A stretch of 64,000 bases of DNA. Source: a virus. This document shows, piece by piece, positions 59,268 through 64,000 of the stretch. A program made the position numbers and the translations under genes. The notes below the pieces were generated by a model, which was not told the DNA's origin, searched no databases, and saw nothing but the letters and a program-made list of their open reading frames with translations. The stretch covers positions 32,001 to 96,000 of the IMG/VR virus record IMGVR_UViG_3300011113_000675, one strand, 5' to 3'. The first letter of the stretch is position 1; each line of letters opens with the position of its first letter.

Positions 59268-59438
59268 AACTATTAGTTTTATTAATAAATACTTTTATTT
59301 CTTTGTTTTTTCATTTGACATTATTTCAGATAAATTTTATTATTGTATTACACAAGTGAGTTTCATATTTTCATCCGATAGTATCTTGGTAATTTATTTA
59401 TCGCCTCAATTTATGGGCTCACTTGTTACTTCTCTACT

Positions 59439-59693
59439 ATGACAATCAACAACTACGATATCGACGAATACGCTGAAGGTGCCATCATTTTGGATGGACT
59501 AGATGAAGCCATAATTGGAATTGTCGAAGAGTTCGGAAACGGACCTCGAATCCTATATTCAAAAAACAAAATCCTCAACATTCTCTGTGAAAGAGATTCA
59601 ATGACTCATTCTGAGGCAGAAGAGTTTTACGACTACAATATCATCGGTTTATACGCTGGAGAACAAAACCCGATATTTTTGGTTTCCGAGTAA
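59439..59693 (+). CDS. Conserved phage hypothetical protein
   Basis: DGLDEAIIG...EAEEFYDYNIIG.YAGE..P. Confidence 0.6.
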   Translation: MTINNYDIDEYAEGAIILDGLDEAIIGIVEEFGNGPRILYSKNKILNILCERDSMTHSEAEEFYDYNIIGLYAGEQNPIFLVSE

Positions 59694-59723
59694 TTTTTTA
59701 TTATCATTGTAAAAAACAAAAAA

Positions 59724-61072
59724 ATGTATTGGAAAGTCAACTACGGTAAATTTGTAACATTTACAGGAAGGTATTGGATAATACCTTGTATATCAATTTG
59801 GTATGATAGATACTATTTTCTTGAAACAGGAATTGAAACTCCTGCTTTCGGGTTTCAGATTAGCTTTCTCAATTTTGCTTACGGAATAAGAATACAAAAA
59901 CAATACTATTAAAACTATGAAAAAGAAAATATTTCAAGGTATCGCCTTAATTGGAGTGTTTACTTTAGGTATGTACACTGCAAGTCAATTTGTGTTTGGT
60001 ACCCCAGTGGATACCCATAGATGGTTAATAACTACCCTAGCGATTGTACTGCTTTTGTCATTCGCCGACGAGAAAGAAAAAGAATAATGTATGAAACTAT
60101 TTTGTAAAATTGGGCTTCATTATTGGAAAACCAAAAAGGAAAAACATGAAGTAATTGACCACCCAAAAGGTAGAAAAGACATAAGGGTTAATGTCCGAGA
60201 ATGTAAACTCTGTGGTGATAGACAATATTATTCTCTACCAGATAAGAATGATTTACGGACATGGAAACCATGTCCATTCAAAAAAACCGATAAAATAACA
60301 TTAAATCAAATTAAATAATATGCAAACATTAGTATTCAACACCAAAACCAAAAACGTAACAGTCTACTCAGACAAACCTGGATCGACAATGATTTCCAAC
60401 TTTTCAGACGTTCCGACTGTAAAAGTTATGGAATCTTATTATGAAGTGATGCAAAAACAAACCGATGACACTGGAATTGAAAATCGTATTCCTGTTGCAA
60501 GATTTCCAATTGCAAACACAAATATGTTAATCCAAAGTTAAACACATGAAACCCAACTTAGAGAAAATATTGAGTAAATACATTGTTCACACCGGATTTT
60601 TTGACAGAGATTCGGTGGAAAAATGTATGGAAAAATCTTATGATTTGGGGATTAAAGAATTTTTGAATTGGTTATCAAAACAAGGACATTTGTCAGACAA
60701 CATAAATTACATTATAGAGGAATGGAATAGTCAAAATAAAAAATGAAATATTATTTTTTGGTTTTGGTGTTTCAAATTATGTTCAATATCTTTAAGGTGT
60801 TGGAAATAAAATACACCTATGAGAATAAGTTAGGTCTCTTACTGTATAACTCCGTCTACATCAATTTGGTTGCACTGGCATCAGTATATTGGTCTTTGGA
60901 CAGATTATTTGAAGGTGATTGGTGGATTATACCATTTTATCTTGCAGGAAGCGTAATTGGGAAATGGATTGCCATGCGTCATATTGAAAACATCAGATAC
61001 AAAATATTCAAATTATTCGGGAAAAAAATTAGTAAGTTGCAACATAAATTTTCAAATCGAGATGAAGACTAA
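59724..61072 (+). other. Run of small hypothetical ORFs (59724, 59917, 60091, 60320, 60546, 60743), some membrane proteins
   Basis: Tightly packed co-oriented ORFs typical of phage early regions. Confidence 0.5.
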
Positions 61073-61688
61073 CATAGAAAGTACGTTTGAATTCAAGGAC
61101 AATAGACCTTTCAAAGAAAAGACATTGGATTTTCTTCAAAGTCTTATGTTTTGGAAGGGAAGAAAAAAAGGAATGATTTTTACCCGAGATATTTCTTTCG
61201 ACGAAATCCGTGCAGTTTTTTTCCCAAAAAATTTTTACGAAAAGTATCATTATTTAGGATCAGTTCCTTACCGAGAAGATGGAAAATTGTTTAAAGCATT
61301 GTATCCTTTAGTTCTTGCAATGGATTATGAGGCAAAACCGAAATGGTGTCCAAGATGGGTTCTTCGTTTTCTACACTTATTCGGTTCTGATAACTCCATT
61401 GTAAGAGTTCGTAATTTCACTTTACATAATTGGGAGAAAAAACTTACAAAAGGAATGATGATTTGGGATTACAAAACCAAGTGGACCGACTATGATTTGA
61501 GAATTTCAATAAACGCTCCAAAGCATCTACAGGATTTGGCGGATTACATCGAAGATGGATATTATTCTAAGGGGAGACAAGAAGAATTAGTGGGGCAAAT
61601 CAAAGCTATCGATCCTGAGGCAAAAATAGTTTGGGGCAGTGTGGATAGATTAGTTGACCAATTAAATAAATTGAGAGATACTAAATAA
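61062..61688 (+). CDS. Hypothetical protein
   Basis: ATG overlapping the upstream gene end. Confidence 0.55.
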   Translation: MKTNIESTFEFKDNRPFKEKTLDFLQSLMFWKGRKKGMIFTRDISFDEIRAVFFPKNFYEKYHYLGSVPYREDGKLFKALYPLVLAMDYEAKPKWCPRWVLRFLHLFGSDNSIVRVRNFTLHNWEKKLTKGMMIWDYKTKWTDYDLRISINAPKHLQDLADYIEDGYYSKGRQEELVGQIKAIDPEAKIVWGSVDRLVDQLNKLRDTK

Positions 61689-61918
61689 TTAATGACATGA
61701 CAACAACATTAATATTTTTAATCATTTGTATAACCCTATTTCCTGTGACATGGCTTTGGATTAAACGAATTGATTATATGCATAAAAATCATCCTGACTA
61801 CAAAGGTGAAGATTTATTTGACGAAAATGAAAAAGACAATTTCAAAAATTAAGACAGTGCTTAAAGACATTTGGTTAGGATTTACATTATCAAATGAATT
61901 TAGAAATAACCATCAACA

Positions 61919-63076
61919 ATGGCCCAAAATTTAGTTATGAATAACATAGATATGCAATATCAACAACTACTCGGAGACATTCTAGAGAATGGTGTTGAAA
62001 AAAATGATAGAACAGGAACTGGTACTCTTTCAGTATTTGGTAGACAAATTCGTCACAAAATGAGTGAAGGATTCCCTTTACTTACAACCAAGAAGATGGC
62101 ATGGAAAACTATGGTGACAGAACTCCTATGGTTCTTACGTGGTGATACAAATATCAAATTCCTATTGGATTATGATTGTCATATTTGGGATGGTGATGCG
62201 TACAAAAATTATTTTAACAAAAATAAAGCTGATATATTCCATCCAATATTACCACAAGATGCGTTTATCAATGCAATTAAAACTATTCCAGATTTTGCAA
62301 AAGAGTATGGTGATTTAGGTCCAATCTATGGTAAACAATGGAGAAGTTGGAAAAAGCCTAAATGGGTTGAAACTGAAATGTCAATTGCAAGTGGAGGTAC
62401 TCATGGAGGAAGTGAGTATAAACCGATTTATATTGACCAAATCCAAAACCTAATCAACGAACTCAAAACAAATCCGGATAGTAGAAGATTGATGGTTAGT
62501 GCTTGGAATGTAGGTGAATTAGACAAAATGGTTTTACCACCCTGTCATTATGGATTTCAAGTTTATACAAGAGAGTTAAAAGTTTGGGAAAGATTGAATT
62601 TGGCATCGAAAACCTATGATTCATTCGACCCATTTGATTTTGGAACTCCTGACGATGTAGACCATGACGAAATTGATAAATTATATCCAGTCCCAAAACG
62701 GGGAATCTCTTTAATGTGGAACCAACGAAGTGTAGACACGTTTTTAGGTTTACCATTTAACATTGCTTCTTATGGATTATTGTTGGAAATTATTGCAAGG
62801 GAAGTCAATATGGTTCCTGATGAATTGATTGGTAATTTGGGAGATGTTCATCTATACAAAAACCATATCGAACAAGCAAAAGAACAAATGTATCGGAGAC
62901 CTTATGATTTACCAAAAGTTAAAATCACTGAAAGAAATTGGTATCAACATGAGTTAGTAAAAAAACGTTTAGGTGAAAAAACTTTCGAACAAAAAATTAT
63001 GAGTTATAGACCTGAGTGTTTCGAATTAGTGGGATATCAGTCACATGAAAAAATCAAAGCACCATTAAGTAATTAG
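61919..63076 (+). CDS. thyA: Thymidylate synthase
   Basis: DRTGTGT, ELLWFLRG, GPIYGKQWR, SRR, LPPCH, QRSVD.FLGLPFN, HLYKNH. Confidence 0.96.
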   Translation: MAQNLVMNNIDMQYQQLLGDILENGVEKNDRTGTGTLSVFGRQIRHKMSEGFPLLTTKKMAWKTMVTELLWFLRGDTNIKFLLDYDCHIWDGDAYKNYFNKNKADIFHPILPQDAFINAIKTIPDFAKEYGDLGPIYGKQWRSWKKPKWVETEMSIASGGTHGGSEYKPIYIDQIQNLINELKTNPDSRRLMVSAWNVGELDKMVLPPCHYGFQVYTRELKVWERLNLASKTYDSFDPFDFGTPDDVDHDEIDKLYPVPKRGISLMWNQRSVDTFLGLPFNIASYGLLLEIIAREVNMVPDELIGNLGDVHLYKNHIEQAKEQMYRRPYDLPKVKITERNWYQHELVKKRLGEKTFEQKIMSYRPECFELVGYQSHEKIKAPLSN

Positions 63077-63091
63077 TAAAAATACAAAATT

Positions 63092-63791
63092 ATGAAAGAA
63101 ACTTTAAATACTGAAATTTTAGATAGGGCAATGTGGAATATGTATCAAACTATGAAAGATGATAATTTTCAATTTGATGGATATTCAAATGAAGATAAAG
63201 TTATGATGGTAAATCACATATTACCATACTTTGAAAAGATAGGGGAGTATGAGATTTGTAAAGAACTTTATGACCAAATCACACCCAGCAATAAAAGCAC
63301 CTTTGTCAAATCGATCCATGCAGATTGTCATTCTACTCAGTAAAGATGTTCCTAAGGAGATTTCAGAGTTAATCTTGGAACACAAGTTGGAGGGTGGTTA
63401 CTCGATAGATTACGCTCTAAATTCTTTGGTTTCCTATTTTAATGGTAAAGAAATTATTATATTTGATTTTACAAAGTATCTCAGATTGGACAACAGATTT
63501 AGTGGATACGAAATAGACGATTACGGAACAAAAATAGTTATAAATTTCAAATAAATGTTACATCTAACTGAAACACAAAAAAAACAAACTTATGAGATAA
63601 GTTTGGAGTCGAATGGTATTGTTGTCGGGTCATTTGTAAAAATTGATGGATTCTTCTATTATTACCCACCCAAAGAAAGATTTTGGGGATGTTACTCAGA
63701 AGAATTTCTCAAGAGTTTATCAAATGAATTAGAAAAATTAAATTACCCAATAAATAAAAGTATTGACGAATACTTCGAATTACAAACATAG
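63092..63791 (+). other. Three small hypothetical ORFs downstream of thyA
   Basis: Co-oriented, closely packed ORFs. Confidence 0.45.
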
Positions 63792-64000
63792 AATTATATC
63801 ATGGAAGATTCGAAAGCTCGTTGCAAATGTGGTTGGCCTTGGATATTCCATTATAATTCGAAAGGGAAAATAAATGCAGTATTCAAAGCCAAGATTCCAC
63901 CAAAAACTATTACAGATTATATAAATGGAGATTATTGGCTAAAAAATGAAAAAAGTTAAAGAAGTATTTGTAATTTTTAATCCTTACGATAATGGATACT

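Noticed and set aside
1-64000. Alternative genetic code, or a cellular origin for the window
   Set aside because: Long conserved genes translate intact with the standard code and no suppressor tRNA is seen. Host-like genes are interleaved with head genes and share phage promoter motifs.

Overview
A 64 kb AT-rich segment of a large T4-like (myovirus-type) phage genome. The host is probably a Bacteroidota/Flavobacteria member, based on recurrent TAnnTTTG promoters, general lack of Shine-Dalgarno sites, a Flavobacterium-like bS21 and a TonB receptor. In order, it holds: a nucleotide-sugar/glycosyltransferase block with PhoH; a putative late sigma factor and baseplate-like genes; a minus-strand head module (terminase, portal, prohead protease, scaffold, major capsid) with an oppositely oriented ribosomal protein bS21; an N-domain-less ClpC facing a double-UVR protein; a tmRNA with an unusual tag; a TonB receptor-lipoprotein pair; a tRNA region (12 canonical tRNAs plus 3 aberrant tRNA-like RNAs) mixed with HNH nucleases; ClpP; peptidoglycan-targeting virion proteins; and thyA. 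The main discovery candidate is an apparent ribosome-sensing transcription attenuator in front of the 47.7-45.2 kb tRNA operon. Its 29-codon leader ORF is built from the codons read by the seven canonical tRNAs downstream and overlaps 1:2 / 2:3 / 3:4 alternative hairpins, suggesting the phage switches on its tRNAs when host tRNAs run short. All calls come from reading the sequence by eye, without database searches.
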